DNA of 64,000 nucleotides from a virus. A program made the translations under genes and the position numbers. Positions 1 to 9,027 of the stretch are shown in pieces (within the stretch, counting starts at the first letter, position 1; each line of letters opens with the position of its first letter). The DNA is taken from the IMG/VR virus record IMGVR_UViG_3300045988_071280; one strand, 5' to 3'. The notes below the pieces were generated by a model. It did not search any database, was not told the origin of the DNA, and saw nothing but the letters and a program-made list of their open reading frames with translations.

Positions 1-433
1 TGTAAAATCCACTTTCCTGTTCTGCATGTACTTTTGTACCATACTCACAAGCTATCCTATTTGTTTCTCCCCAATCTTTTACATATTTATTACAAGTCTC
101 TTCAAATACTTCTTTTGTAATACTATCTGGAATATAAGAATCATCCCATTTTTTAGTATTTAATAAAGAACTCTTTACATTAATAAAATCATCTCCCATT
201 AACTCTTCTAACGCCTTATACTTCTTCCAAAAATCTGAATCAAACTTATTCTCGAACTCTCCAATTAAAGTAGTTACAGAAATAAATTTTTTCCCTTCTC
301 CTACTCCCTTTTTACCTACATACACATGTTTCTCATCATTGTATGTAACATCATCATTTTCCTTATCGACGATTAAATCATTACCATCGAAGGAGAAGTA
401 TTTAACATCTCCTTCATTCATACTCATAGTCAT
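1..433 (-). CDS. ORF truncated by the window edge (N-terminal ~144 aa present); possible PD-(D/E)XK/RecB-family nuclease
   Basis: Absent from the ORF track because it runs off the window. The reverse complement reads MTMSMNEGDVKYFSFDGNDLIV...ISVTTLIGEF...EYGTKVHAEQESGFY with no stop down to position 1. GTxVH..E weakly resembles nuclease motif I. Confidence 0.5.
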   Translation of the reverse strand, partial: MTMSMNEGDVKYFSFDGNDLIVDKENDDVTYNDEKHVYVGKKGVGEGKKFISVTTLIGEFENKFDSDFWKKYKALEELMGDDFINVKSSLLNTKKWDDSYIPDSITKEVFEETCNKYVKDWGETNRIACEYGTKVHAEQESGFY

Positions 434-445
434 AATATATAAATT

Positions 446-1156
446 TTAATTTCCTTTCACTATAGCTAAATCTATTATAGCTCTCGCACAAGTTGTTATA
501 TAATAAAACATTTGATCATGCGAAAATGGGGATTCTTTTGAATAACTTATTCCAACAAATCCTCTGGGAGTTCCATCAATTTCTATTAAATAAAGAAATA
601 ATTGTTTAGCTCCATTCTGTTTTAACATTGTATATAAAATCGGATCTGATTCTTTAATATTCTCTATATCTAATAGATTATATACTTTCTTTTCGTTAAG
701 TTCTACATTAAATCTAAAATTATCAGTACTTTGTTGTTGGTATTGTTGTTTAATTCCTGCTACTCCAGAAGCATTTTGTTCATTTCTCATTGTGAAGTAT
801 GTAAAGAGATTCCCACTTAATGAAGTTAAACTATTACCATATTCACAGAAAAATGCTCTATCAGCTTTAAGAGTTTGTTGAAGTTTACGTAATTCATTAT
901 CGATTTTAGGAGGAAGAGTTAGTGCGATATTTACTAATTCCGCATGTTTCTCTGATCTCTCTTTTTCTCTCTGATTGAATACATTACTTATTTCAGTTCT
1001 AACAGTTTCTTTTATTGTTTCATTTAAATATCTTCCTGTATAGTTAGAAAAATACAAAGTACATAATATAACAATTATATAAAGTACACATTTAGAATCT
1101 TTTATAATTTTAGATTTAATTAAACTATTTATGAGAGGTAGAATTTTGTCCATCAT
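446..1156 (-). CDS. membrane-anchored hypothetical protein, possible GAF-like C-terminal domain
   Basis: ORF track. Has an N-terminal hydrophobic helix (CVLYIIVILCTLYF). The GAF assignment is only an impression (ADRAFFCEY...GFVGISY). Confidence 0.55.
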   Translation of the reverse strand: MMDKILPLINSLIKSKIIKDSKCVLYIIVILCTLYFSNYTGRYLNETIKETVRTEISNVFNQREKERSEKHAELVNIALTLPPKIDNELRKLQQTLKADRAFFCEYGNSLTSLSGNLFTYFTMRNEQNASGVAGIKQQYQQQSTDNFRFNVELNEKKVYNLLDIENIKESDPILYTMLKQNGAKQLFLYLIEIDGTPRGFVGISYSKESPFSHDQMFYYITTCARAIIDLAIVKGN

Positions 1157-1200
1157 TTAACTTATTTTCTATTTTTAATACACACTTACTTTGAATAGTG

Positions 1201-1208
1201 CAAATATA
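1201..1208 (-). promoter_or_regulatory. Bacteroidota-type -7 box TATATTTG
   Basis: Exact TAnnTTTG on the minus strand, 44 nt upstream of the start at 1156. Confidence 0.45.
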
Positions 1209-1294
1209 TTAATAACTTGCGGTCAAAACAAGATTTATATATTTAAATTTAAAAATATAAGAAATAATATGTTTAACGCGTTAAATTATAGAAT

Positions 1295-1594
1295 ATGAAA
1301 TTTGATCTTAGTAAAATAGACTTTAGTCTATTAAAAGTTCCAGATTTGGATTTAGAGGAATTTAATAATGTTATAGAGAAGTATTTAGGTAAAGAATCTG
1401 CGGAATTTCTTAAAAAAGGTGGGAAAATTTATATTAAGAAAAAGAATCGTGGAAAATTTACAGAGTCTGCTAAAAGAGCTGGACAATCTGTTCAAGAACA
1501 TGCTAGATCAGTATTAAATGATCCAAATGCTACACCTCTACAAAGGAAAAGAGCTAATTTTGCTCGAAATTCAAAATCTTGGTCTAAAAAATAA
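1295..1594 (+). CDS. small basic hypothetical protein
   Basis: ORF track. Lys/Arg-rich C-terminal half (NRGKFTESAKRAGQSVQEHARSVL...RKRANFARN). Confidence 0.6.
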   Translation: MKFDLSKIDFSLLKVPDLDLEEFNNVIEKYLGKESAEFLKKGGKIYIKKKNRGKFTESAKRAGQSVQEHARSVLNDPNATPLQRKRANFARNSKSWSKK

Positions 1595-1596
1595 AT

Positions 1597-2283
1597 ATGA
1601 AAAAAGGAGAACGTATACAACAACAATGTGATGTATGTAAAGAATGGTTAGATAAAAATATAACTAATTTTAGAAAATATTCACACAAAATAAATGGTTT
1701 AAATTTTCATACCACGTGTAGGAATTGTGAAAATAGGATTAAATTAAATACTGAATGGAAGGATGGAAACCTTTTATGCCATATATGTGGAGAATATAAA
1801 GATCCTAATGAATTTACATATGCCGGAGATACTAAATATAAATTGCGGCAGAATAAAGACTGTAGATGTAATTTATGTAAATCAAAACAAAGAAAGGCTG
1901 CTGTAACTACTTATAATGATGATGTAAAATTAGAAAAAGTTTTACAAAGACGATGGTTAGGAGCAAGGGCTAGAGCAAAAGATAAATCTTTACCTTTTAC
2001 TATTACTAAAGAGGATTTATTAACTATATGGAAAGCACAAAATGGAAAATGTGCTATATCTGGATTAGATATGACATATGAATTAGAAAAAGGTCGAACT
2101 TATACAAATGTTAGTATTGATCAAATATCTCCATCTGTAGGATATACAGTAGATAATATACAACTAGTATGTATGGCAGTTAATCAACTTAAATCGGATC
2201 TAGATATGGATACTGTTTTACTTTTATGTTCTGCTATACTAAACAGTAATAAATCAAATAATAAAAATAAAATTTATATATAA
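1597..2283 (+). CDS. Cys-rich zinc-finger protein with degenerate HNH/His-Me-finger-like C-terminal domain (free-standing nuclease-like gene)
   Basis: Several CxxC pairs. The C-terminus (QNGKCAISG...SIDQISPSVGYTVDNIQLVCMAVNQLKSD) is paralogous to the C-terminus of ORF 7323-8351. Confidence 0.45.
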   Translation: MKKGERIQQQCDVCKEWLDKNITNFRKYSHKINGLNFHTTCRNCENRIKLNTEWKDGNLLCHICGEYKDPNEFTYAGDTKYKLRQNKDCRCNLCKSKQRKAAVTTYNDDVKLEKVLQRRWLGARARAKDKSLPFTITKEDLLTIWKAQNGKCAISGLDMTYELEKGRTYTNVSIDQISPSVGYTVDNIQLVCMAVNQLKSDLDMDTVLLLCSAILNSNKSNNKNKIYI

Positions 2284-2295
2284 TACTATATTTAA

Positions 2296-2988
2296 ATGAT
2301 ATCTAATACTAATAATAATAAAATCCCACCTCTTCCTATCTGGGCGATATTATTTAAATCTTCTCCTAAACCCGAAACCTCCCCCTCCGTCGATTCTCAG
2401 GAAACTCAAATATCTGTACCTAAAGAATCTATATATAAAGAAAAGATTCAATCCAATAAAAAATTTGATACTAGAGTTAATTGGGATAATATAAAATGGT
2501 TACAGAAATTCTTTCATGAGAATCTGATGGAGGATAAAAATGCTTCATACAATAAATCCTTAGGAATAGTATCTAATATCATAAAGGAAAGTTTCGGAGA
2601 GCCTACGACCAAACAAGACGGAGGAGGTCCCGGATATGGTTTACTTCAATGGACAAAAGGAAAAGATAGATATAATAAGATGATGGAATATAAAACAGAT
2701 AGTATTATTCCTGGTATAGATCCAGAATTACAAAGGCAAGCAGAGTTCATATTAAATAGTATAAAAGATCCAGACTCCGGAGAGTGGCATCATGGAGGTG
2801 AGGGAAGTGGATATAGTAAAGCAAAATATGCCCAAAAGGATTTTATGAATCCGAATAATAGAGCTACGAAAAGTTCTGAGATATTTACTAAAACATTTGT
2901 TAGACCAAAAGATAAATCTGAAATAAGGAAAAGAGGAGAACTTGTTCCTTTATTAGATTCTCTATTTAATACTAAATATATGAAATAA
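2296..2988 (+). CDS. peptidoglycan hydrolase, phage tail-lysozyme-like
   Basis: GGGPGYGLLQWTKGKDRY matches the G-x-G-(L/I)-x-QWT core that I recall for the phage lysozyme2 family. It is followed by two small TM proteins. Confidence 0.55.
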   Translation: MISNTNNNKIPPLPIWAILFKSSPKPETSPSVDSQETQISVPKESIYKEKIQSNKKFDTRVNWDNIKWLQKFFHENLMEDKNASYNKSLGIVSNIIKESFGEPTTKQDGGGPGYGLLQWTKGKDRYNKMMEYKTDSIIPGIDPELQRQAEFILNSIKDPDSGEWHHGGEGSGYSKAKYAQKDFMNPNNRATKSSEIFTKTFVRPKDKSEIRKRGELVPLLDSLFNTKYMK

Positions 2989-2993
2989 TTAAT

Positions 2994-3188
2994 ATGTTAG
3001 GAGGAATTATATTTATATTTGTGGTATGGTTTATTCCACTTATAATATGGTTAATAATAAAAAATCCTTTTAAACAAAAAGCTACATGTGAAGCTGGTAA
3101 AAAGGAAATACTTAGAGATAAGAGAATGTTTATATATGCCATGATTTTTGGATTACTTTGTATATTAGCAACAATTCTTCTAGGATAA
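2994..3188 (+). CDS. small two-TM protein, holin-like
   Basis: 64 aa with two hydrophobic segments, directly downstream of the lysozyme-like gene. Confidence 0.5.
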   Translation: MLGGIIFIFVVWFIPLIIWLIIKNPFKQKATCEAGKKEILRDKRMFIYAMIFGLLCILATILLG

Positions 3189-3217
3189 TAATGAATAATA
3201 TTTAAACAATATAATAT

Positions 3218-3442
3218 ATGAAAAATTTTTGGAATAAAGTAAAAGGATTCTTTAATAAAGTATTAAATTATAAAGCTGTTAAAGTTATAGTTTCAGTTTT
3301 ATTATCTGCCGGATTAACTTACTTATTTAAATCTGCATTAGTATTTTTCTGCTTCTTAGTATTATGGTATTTATTATATATCTTAATAGATAAGTGGATA
3401 AAGAAAAATGATGATGAGGAATTAAATAAATTACATATTTAA
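3218..3442 (+). CDS. small TM protein with charged C-terminus, holin/antiholin-like
   Basis: 74 aa with hydrophobic core VIVSVLLSAGLTYLFKSALVFFCFLVLWYLLYILI and tail KKNDDEELNK. Confidence 0.5.
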   Translation: MKNFWNKVKGFFNKVLNYKAVKVIVSVLLSAGLTYLFKSALVFFCFLVLWYLLYILIDKWIKKNDDEELNKLHI

Positions 3443-3453
3443 GGTTTATATAT

Positions 3454-3491
3454 AAAAATACCCTATAACAATTAAGTTATAGGGTATTTTC
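3454..3491. terminator. bidirectional rho-independent terminator between convergent genes
   Basis: 12-bp perfect stem ataccctataac/gttatagggtat with a 6-nt loop. It is flanked by an A-run on the left and a T-run on the right. Confidence 0.75.
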
Positions 3492-3532
3492 ATTTAACAT
3501 TATTAACACATAAAATAAACACGCAAAGAAGA

Positions 3533-4165
3533 CTACTTGCTTATATTCTCAATCATCTTCTTAATAAAATTAAGAGATTTAAGATAATCGTCATTTGTTA
3601 TATATTCTATATCAGAACTTTTTAACATTTCCTTTACTATTTCTCCGAAATTAGAAAATAACTCATTTATATCAGGACTAGTACATTTAACCTGATCTAT
3701 CGGTAACTTATTACTAGCTATAGGTGCTCCGATAGTAACCCCAACTTTAGCATAATTCGGAATTTTATCTAAATCAGGATTATTTAATTTATTTTCTAAC
3801 TCATCTAAAGAATCTTCTTCTTCGTTAGGAATTTTATTTAAAGTTCTATCTAATTTCTCATCGATACGATTTAACAATGTCTCTATATCAATTCCATCAT
3901 AGTCTTCTTCTTCTCTATGGAAGTTATTTAATTTAGATAATATCACTTTAAGTCTATCCTCAATCATATCAAAATAATCAGAGAAGCTCTTATTCATTTC
4001 TAATAGTTCTCTTAAATTCTTTTTATTCTCACAATCTCCTTCATTAAAATACTGAATAATTTGAACTAATTTCTCAATTCCGATTTTAGCATTATTCATT
4101 ACATCCATCATAGAAGCATTTATACATTCCAACTCCTTATCACTAATAAGTTTTTCCATAATCAT
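3533..4165 (-). CDS. acidic hypothetical protein
   Basis: ORF track; D/E-rich and probably helical. Confidence 0.6.
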   Translation of the reverse strand: MIMEKLISDKELECINASMMDVMNNAKIGIEKLVQIIQYFNEGDCENKKNLRELLEMNKSFSDYFDMIEDRLKVILSKLNNFHREEEDYDGIDIETLLNRIDEKLDRTLNKIPNEEEDSLDELENKLNNPDLDKIPNYAKVGVTIGAPIASNKLPIDQVKCTSPDINELFSNFGEIVKEMLKSSDIEYITNDDYLKSLNFIKKMIENISK

Positions 4166-4184
4166 ATTTTTAATTTAACATATA

Positions 4185-4192
4185 CAAATATA
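4185..4192 (-). promoter_or_regulatory. -7 box TATATTTG
   Basis: Exact TAnnTTTG on the minus strand, 19 nt upstream of the start at 4165. Confidence 0.4.
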
Positions 4193-4232
4193 CTAAGATT
4201 ATAGATCTAATCCTAAGATTAAATGTTAAATT

Positions 4233-4472
4233 TTATAAATTAAGATTTTTTCTTAATTCCGGAATGATATTATTCAAATCCTTCTTCACAGCCTTTTGTC
4301 TATCTAAATATGATAATTCTGGATATTTAATCTTTCCAAATTCATCTATAAACTCTATCGAATCCTGAGATTTAAATTCAGGATCTGATATTATTATTGT
4401 TTTTATCTTATTTAAGTTATTCATTATATAACTATACATTACTAATACATTTTGCATTATATTACCATTCAT
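4233..4472 (-). CDS. hypothetical protein
   Basis: ORF track. Confidence 0.55.
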   Translation of the reverse strand: MNGNIMQNVLVMYSYIMNNLNKIKTIIISDPEFKSQDSIEFIDEFGKIKYPELSYLDRQKAVKKDLNNIIPELRKNLNL

Positions 4473-4507
4473 ATACTATTTATTAAACTTTATAAATCAT
4501 GCCACTA

Positions 4508-4515
4508 CAAAGATA
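4508..4515 (-). promoter_or_regulatory. -7 box TATCTTTG
   Basis: Exact TAnnTTTG on the minus strand, 35 nt upstream of the start at 4472. Confidence 0.45.
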
Positions 4516-4581
4516 GTATATATTTAATATTTAAAGAATGTATATATTATATAACAATAACATGTGCAATTTAATTTATAC

Positions 4582-5034
4582 TTAATCAGTTGTCCCTCCA
4601 TTTGCTGGCGGAAGTTCTGGAGAGGTATTAGTTACAATAGTATCTAATTTAGTATTTGCCTGAATTAAATTAGTATCTATACTAGAGGTATTTGTATGTA
4701 TAGAAGTAGTTGTATCCTTTATCTGTCCCAAAGTTTCTTTAACAGGATCTAAATCAACATCAATATTAGCTAAAGATGCTAATGCTGTATCTAATTTAGC
4801 ACTAAATGTAGTAGTTAAATTCTCTATTTTAGTTATTAAATCTTGTATTTTAGTATTTGTCGTATCTATCTTAGTATTAGTAGTATTTAATTCATTTACT
4901 ACTGCTGATAATTTCTCTGTCAATAAAGCTATATTCTCCGTATTAAAATCTCCCACTCCTTCCTTAATTCCTTGTAAAAGTTGGAGATATAGCTCATTGT
5001 AATTAGTTGATTGAAAAAAATCATTTACATTCAT
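4582..5034 (-). CDS. Thr/Asn-rich coiled-coil-like hypothetical protein
   Basis: ORF track. Contains an internal duplication TTNTKIDTTNTKIQ and a low-complexity T/N/D/L composition. Confidence 0.6.
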   Translation of the reverse strand: MNVNDFFQSTNYNELYLQLLQGIKEGVGDFNTENIALLTEKLSAVVNELNTTNTKIDTTNTKIQDLITKIENLTTTFSAKLDTALASLANIDVDLDPVKETLGQIKDTTTSIHTNTSSIDTNLIQANTKLDTIVTNTSPELPPANGGTTD

Positions 5035-5044
5035 CGTGATATAT

Positions 5045-5257
5045 TTAAATTATAATTTCTAGTGTTTTTGAATTTTTGTTTATATTTAAAATCTCCTCAT
5101 TTTCACATGGTTGGAGTTTATATGTATAACTCTCCTCTTCCGGAATATATTCTGGTTCGGAGATTATTTTGTAATATCGTTGTAGTCCTTTTTTAGTGTA
5201 GAATTTTTCTGGGAAAGTTAGTATTATTGGATTTTGTTCGATGGTTGTGTTTTGCAT
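5045..5257 (-). CDS. hypothetical protein
   Basis: ORF track. Confidence 0.55.
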   Translation of the reverse strand: MQNTTIEQNPIILTFPEKFYTKKGLQRYYKIISEPEYIPEEESYTYKLQPCENEEILNINKNSKTLEIII

Positions 5258-5278
5258 AGGTTTAATTATTATGATTTA

Positions 5279-5286
5279 CAAAGGTA
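5279..5286 (-). promoter_or_regulatory. -7 box TACCTTTG
   Basis: Exact TAnnTTTG on the minus strand, 21 nt upstream of the start at 5257. Confidence 0.4.
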
Positions 5287-5349
5287 TGTGATTTTTGTGA
5301 GAAATCCTAGAAGAGATAAAACATACTTAAATTTTATAATTTAAAGTAT

Positions 5350-5901
5350 TTAAGTATTAATTCTTTTAGAAAAATATTTAGAATTTAAATAATAAATTCC
5401 TTTTTCATTTCCGATTTTTGTAATAAGATTCTTTTTATATAAAGAAGAAATACAATTTTTAATAGTCCCTATTGTAAGTTGTGTTGTATGATGTATTAAA
5501 TTATTTAAACAAGAATCTAATATAATCTTTCCACGCAGATTTGAGTATTTCCATAAACAGACTAACACTTTATATTCACTTATTTTAGATAGTTGAGATA
5601 GTCCCTCCAGTATAAGGTTTAAATTTATACTTATGGAATTTTTAAAAGGAGATTCTATATCTATCTTACTAATGTAACTATTAAATATACTAATAACTTC
5701 TTCGTTATATATAAACCACTCATCAGAATATTTATACTCTTTACATAAGGTATGTAATCTCTGTTCATCTTCTCTTGTTCCAGATTTATAATTTAATAAT
5801 CTAATATCCGGATTATGTACTTTATATTGAGCTAATCTAGAATCTAAATCAGATGTAAATCCTATCTTTAAATTACTTCCTGATTTTATTAAATATAACA
5901 T
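5350..5901 (-). CDS. T5orf172 (GIY-YIG-related) domain protein with C-terminal DNA-binding-like region
   Basis: LYLIKSGSNLKIGFTSDLDSRLAQYKVHNP...EQRLHTLCKEYKYSDEWF fits the KIG-T..R...Y....P...E..lH......EWF pattern of T5orf172. Confidence 0.6.
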   Translation of the reverse strand: MLYLIKSGSNLKIGFTSDLDSRLAQYKVHNPDIRLLNYKSGTREDEQRLHTLCKEYKYSDEWFIYNEEVISIFNSYISKIDIESPFKNSISINLNLILEGLSQLSKISEYKVLVCLWKYSNLRGKIILDSCLNNLIHHTTQLTIGTIKNCISSLYKKNLITKIGNEKGIYYLNSKYFSKRINT

Positions 5902-5911
5902 TTAGTAATGA

Positions 5912-6643
5912 TTAAATTGTTTCACATTCTATATCTTTAATATTATTCTTTAGTAATTCCTTTCTTAAAAAGGCTACTTCTGATTCCAATTTACTTACTC
6001 TATTATTTGTTATTTCATGATTACTTTTTAATTTAACAATATCTTCACTATTCTCTTCAATTTTTGCTGCCATAAATAATATAGCTTGACTAATCTTTGT
6101 ATAATCTATTTTTAAATTATTATTATTTAATTCTATTGTTTCCTTTTTCTTTAATCCGTCTATAAGCTTATTTGCGTTTCCCCATGAAAATCCACATAAT
6201 CTAGCAATGGAATTTACACTTACATTTCTCATTTCTCCTATTCCTGTATTAATATCTTTAGTAGTTTTTGGAGCAGTACAAATAAAAAATATCTTTTCCT
6301 CTATAGTTAAATCATCTCTCTTCATAAACTCAAAAGTAAACTCTTCTTTATCTTTTAATAATTTCGGAGGTCTTATTAACGTATATAAATTCCCTTTATT
6401 ACCTCTTTTAGTTATATTTATATAACCCTTATCCTTTAAATTACTTAATCTATTTATAACTGTTTTCTTAGATGATTTGGTATTTTCTGCCAAAGTATCT
6501 AATGATGGGAAACATTGTTGTGTATCTTTATCTTTATATAAAGATAATATTCCGAATAAATATATACTATATCCATCTAAATCGTCATCCTCTATTAAAT
6601 TTTTTCCTATTTGTATTCTCTGAGGTTTATTTATTTTATTCAT
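5912..6643 (-). CDS. winged-helix DNA-binding protein (HTH_36/DnaD-like), possible replication initiator or regulator
   Basis: CFPSLDTLAENTKSSKKTVINRLSNLKDKGYINI is a typical wHTH of replication-initiator-like phage proteins. It lies next to the repeat-rich intergenic region. Confidence 0.5.
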   Translation of the reverse strand: MNKINKPQRIQIGKNLIEDDDLDGYSIYLFGILSLYKDKDTQQCFPSLDTLAENTKSSKKTVINRLSNLKDKGYINITKRGNKGNLYTLIRPPKLLKDKEEFTFEFMKRDDLTIEEKIFFICTAPKTTKDINTGIGEMRNVSVNSIARLCGFSWGNANKLIDGLKKKETIELNNNNLKIDYTKISQAILFMAAKIEENSEDIVKLKSNHEITNNRVSKLESEVAFLRKELLKNNIKDIECETI

Positions 6644-6683
6644 ATAAATTTAATTAAGTTACTTAACTTATTTTAATCTAGTA

Positions 6684-6691
6684 CAAAGATA
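6684..6691 (-). promoter_or_regulatory. -7 box TATCTTTG
   Basis: Exact TAnnTTTG on the minus strand, 40 nt upstream of the start at 6643. Confidence 0.45.
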
Positions 6692-6802
6692 AGAATAAAA
6701 ACTTATAATACTATTATAAATTAAAAATTTATTAATTCCGATTTTCCCAAATAGTTTTTTATATAAAATTTAAGTAAGAGTATAGTATTTATAATTTAAA
6801 AC

Positions 6803-6824
6803 TTAAATAAATCACACTTTTACT
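6803..6824. repeat. direct repeat copy 1 (ttaaataaatcacacttttact)
   Basis: 21 of 22 nt identical to 6972-6993. Each copy is followed by a related ctctca(N2)agagtac element. Confidence 0.7.
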
Positions 6825-6848
6825 TTATTTTTTATAAACTCAAAAATT

Positions 6849-6906
6849 GCTTCAAGTGTAGAATAAAAGACAAAAACTATGACCTCGATTATTTTACACT
6901 TGAAGC
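6849..6906. other. large inverted repeat/hairpin (12-bp stem, 34-nt loop)
   Basis: gcttcaagtgta (6849-6860) is the exact reverse complement of tacacttgaagc (6895-6906). Confidence 0.7.
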
Positions 6907-6971
6907 TCTCACTAGAGTACTATGAAAATATGAAGCTAAATCCATATTTATTTGAATATTTAACCAAATAT

Positions 6972-6993
6972 TTAAATAAATCACACTTCTACT
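6972..6993. repeat. direct repeat copy 2 (ttaaataaatcacacttctact)
   Basis: See 6803-6824. Followed by the perfect 12-nt palindrome ctctcatgagag and a tandem taactagta x2. Confidence 0.7.
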
Positions 6994-7058
6994 CCAAATC
7001 TTACCTCTCATGAGAGTACCATAACTATAACTAGTAAGTCCTTAACTAGTACCTACCC

Positions 7059-7084
7059 TACCCCTTCAAAGGGTAAGTTTTTTT
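7059..7084 (+). terminator. plus-strand rho-independent terminator in a region flanked only by minus-strand genes
   Basis: Stem taccc/gggta (3 GC pairs) with a 7-nt loop, then ag plus T7. This implies an unannotated plus-strand transcript ending here. Confidence 0.5.
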
Positions 7085-7322
7085 GCTTCGCAAAAAATCT
7101 TGAGCTTAGAGTCTCTTTATATTTAAAATTTATCTATTATATAAAATTTATATTTAAATACCTCATATATTTAAAATTCCCATATATCTTAAATATTTTA
7201 TATTTAATACAATCCTCATATCTTATTCCGAAGAAAATTTAAAAATTTTATTTTATTTAAATCCTGAATTTCATGCTTTTTCTTCTTAGGGAATTGTAAA
7301 ATGGAGGAGAAATTTATTGTAT

Positions 7323-8351
7323 TTATATTAAATCTATATTATTTAAGTTATTATATATATTCACAATCCTTTCCTTAAATTCTTTAATAGATAAATTACT
7401 CTTCATTACATTAATCTTATCCTCACAAATAACAATATTTCCTTTTATATATCCTTTATTAGAATCTATCCTATCCACAGAAGGTCTATAATCTTTTGAA
7501 AATGGGATTCCAGAATAATAACATTTCCCCTCTTGTGCTTTGTACATCTCATTTAAATATTCTTCTGTAATATCCAATTCCTTTTTTATATTATTTTTAT
7601 TACTATAATTATATTTTCTATACTCACAATTTCTTTTACATTTATCTAATAACCACTTTCCTATATTTTCCCATTTCTTTTCTTCCTCTTCTTCTCGTGC
7701 ACACTTACTACATAAGAAATTTCTATGCTTATCAAATTTAGAAGGATCTGTTTCTCCACACTTTATACATAATTTATCAGAGTGTTTATATATAACCCTT
7801 TCTTCAGTATTCTCACCTTTTAATAATTTAGAATTAACTTGATATCCTTTAGGTGTTTTTAAAAGAGTGTACTTAGGATGTGAGATTTTTAAAGTTATAT
7901 CTTTTGTATTCTTAAGTATTCCAAATAAACCTTCTGTATTAAATTCTTTTAATCTTCTTGTAATATTATAAATAGTTCCAATAACACAATCTATATTATT
8001 ATCATCTAAAATTCGTTTTAATTCTCTAGCTGGAATTTTATCATATGATGGTAGAATGTTATAAAATATTAGAATGAAAGCTTTGTTGTTTAATGTTAGA
8101 TCTGGATTAATTAAAAAATCTGGACAAGATAATGATGTATGAATTTTAAATCTTGGAGCGAAGCCATTGCTGGAACAATCTTCAATATCTCCAGATGAAA
8201 TTAAATGTTTTGTGGATACTTTTATTACTTCATCACTTATACCATAAGTGGATAATTGAGAAGATAAAATACTTGCAATTTCGTCTTCTTCTTTAAATGC
8301 ATTAAGGATTCTTAATACTACTTCTAATTTAAAATTTTCAATTGTTTTCAT
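7323..8351 (-). CDS. zinc-finger protein with degenerate HNH-like C-terminal domain (free-standing nuclease-like gene)
   Basis: CIKCGE...CSKC, then QEGKCYYSGIPF...SVDRIDSNKGYIKGNIVICEDKINVMKSN. Paralogous to the C-terminus of 1597-2283. Confidence 0.45.
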   Translation of the reverse strand: MKTIENFKLEVVLRILNAFKEEDEIASILSSQLSTYGISDEVIKVSTKHLISSGDIEDCSSNGFAPRFKIHTSLSCPDFLINPDLTLNNKAFILIFYNILPSYDKIPARELKRILDDNNIDCVIGTIYNITRRLKEFNTEGLFGILKNTKDITLKISHPKYTLLKTPKGYQVNSKLLKGENTEERVIYKHSDKLCIKCGETDPSKFDKHRNFLCSKCAREEEEEKKWENIGKWLLDKCKRNCEYRKYNYSNKNNIKKELDITEEYLNEMYKAQEGKCYYSGIPFSKDYRPSVDRIDSNKGYIKGNIVICEDKINVMKSNLSIKEFKERIVNIYNNLNNIDLI

Positions 8352-8379
8352 ATTATGTTTTTTTTGTTGTTTAGTTATA

Positions 8380-8387
8380 CAAAGATA
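8380..8387 (-). promoter_or_regulatory. -7 box TATCTTTG
   Basis: Exact TAnnTTTG on the minus strand, 28 nt upstream of the start at 8351. Confidence 0.45.
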
Positions 8388-8598
8388 GAGTAGATAATCT
8401 AAATAAAAAATAATTTTTAAAATTTTTTGTATTTTAAAGTAGATAGGGTTTTTAGTTTAATATTATTCTATAATAACTAAGCAAAAATAAAAAATTTTTT
8501 ATAAAAAATTTCTGTAGCTCTGAAAATTCTATAATTATCCCACCACAACACCCCGTGACCATCTTCGAATAAAAAACATTAAATAAAACACAAAAATC

Positions 8599-9024
8599 AT
8601 GAAAGGTAGAAGTAAATTTTCACAAGGTCTGTCTAAAGAATTATTAAATTCTCCAGTTGTAGTTCGTAACGCAGAAGGCGGACGTGAAATTGGAGATGTT
8701 GTTGACTTAAGTGATGCAACATTTAACCCTGAATATAAGTTCGTAACTCAGGATGGACAAGAACGTGTTGTTCAAGGTTTTGTTCGTGGAGAGGGAGAAG
8801 CACAAATATTAGTACTCTCTTTATCTCAGCTCGTAAACAGAGTCAATGGACTGGATGAGGCAAAATCGGGGTTAATGAAGCAACTCCGGAAGTGCACAAC
8901 TTTAGGAGAAATCCTAGAGGTTATGGACGATGTTGAAGCTGTCAAAGTCATTGACGTGAAACGCGTCCCGAATCGGTTCGTACCGGGCACAGAAAGAACT
9001 CTGTGTCTCTGGGATGAGGCTTAA
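8599..9024 (+). CDS. hypothetical protein, compositional outlier (visibly GC-richer, CGT/GGT/GTT-type codons)
   Basis: ORF track. Has a G-poor, CA-rich leader (cccaccacaacacccc...) and its own terminator. By eye the GC is about 40% or more, against under 30% in the neighbours. Confidence 0.7.
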   Translation: MKGRSKFSQGLSKELLNSPVVVRNAEGGREIGDVVDLSDATFNPEYKFVTQDGQERVVQGFVRGEGEAQILVLSLSQLVNRVNGLDEAKSGLMKQLRKCTTLGEILEVMDDVEAVKVIDVKRVPNRFVPGTERTLCLWDEA

Positions 9025-9027
9025 TAT

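Noticed and set aside
6207-6657. Plus-strand ORFs 6207-6425 and 6472-6657, plus other antisense ORFs in the track. These are 10463-10813, 13186-13413, 15306-15515, 17883-18146, 19696-19884, 24435-24635, 24983-25198, 27537-27719, 30687-30902, 31008-31256 and 33316-33516. Also 37245-37445, 38574-38780, 46852-47205, 47583-47852, 55121-55351, 55673-55867 and 57008-57202.
   Set aside because: Each lies entirely antisense to a longer ORF that has recognisable motifs or fits the co-directional gene block. They are Leu/Ser/Phe/Ile-rich, as expected for the reverse frame of AT-rich coding sequence. None has promoter or coupling signals.
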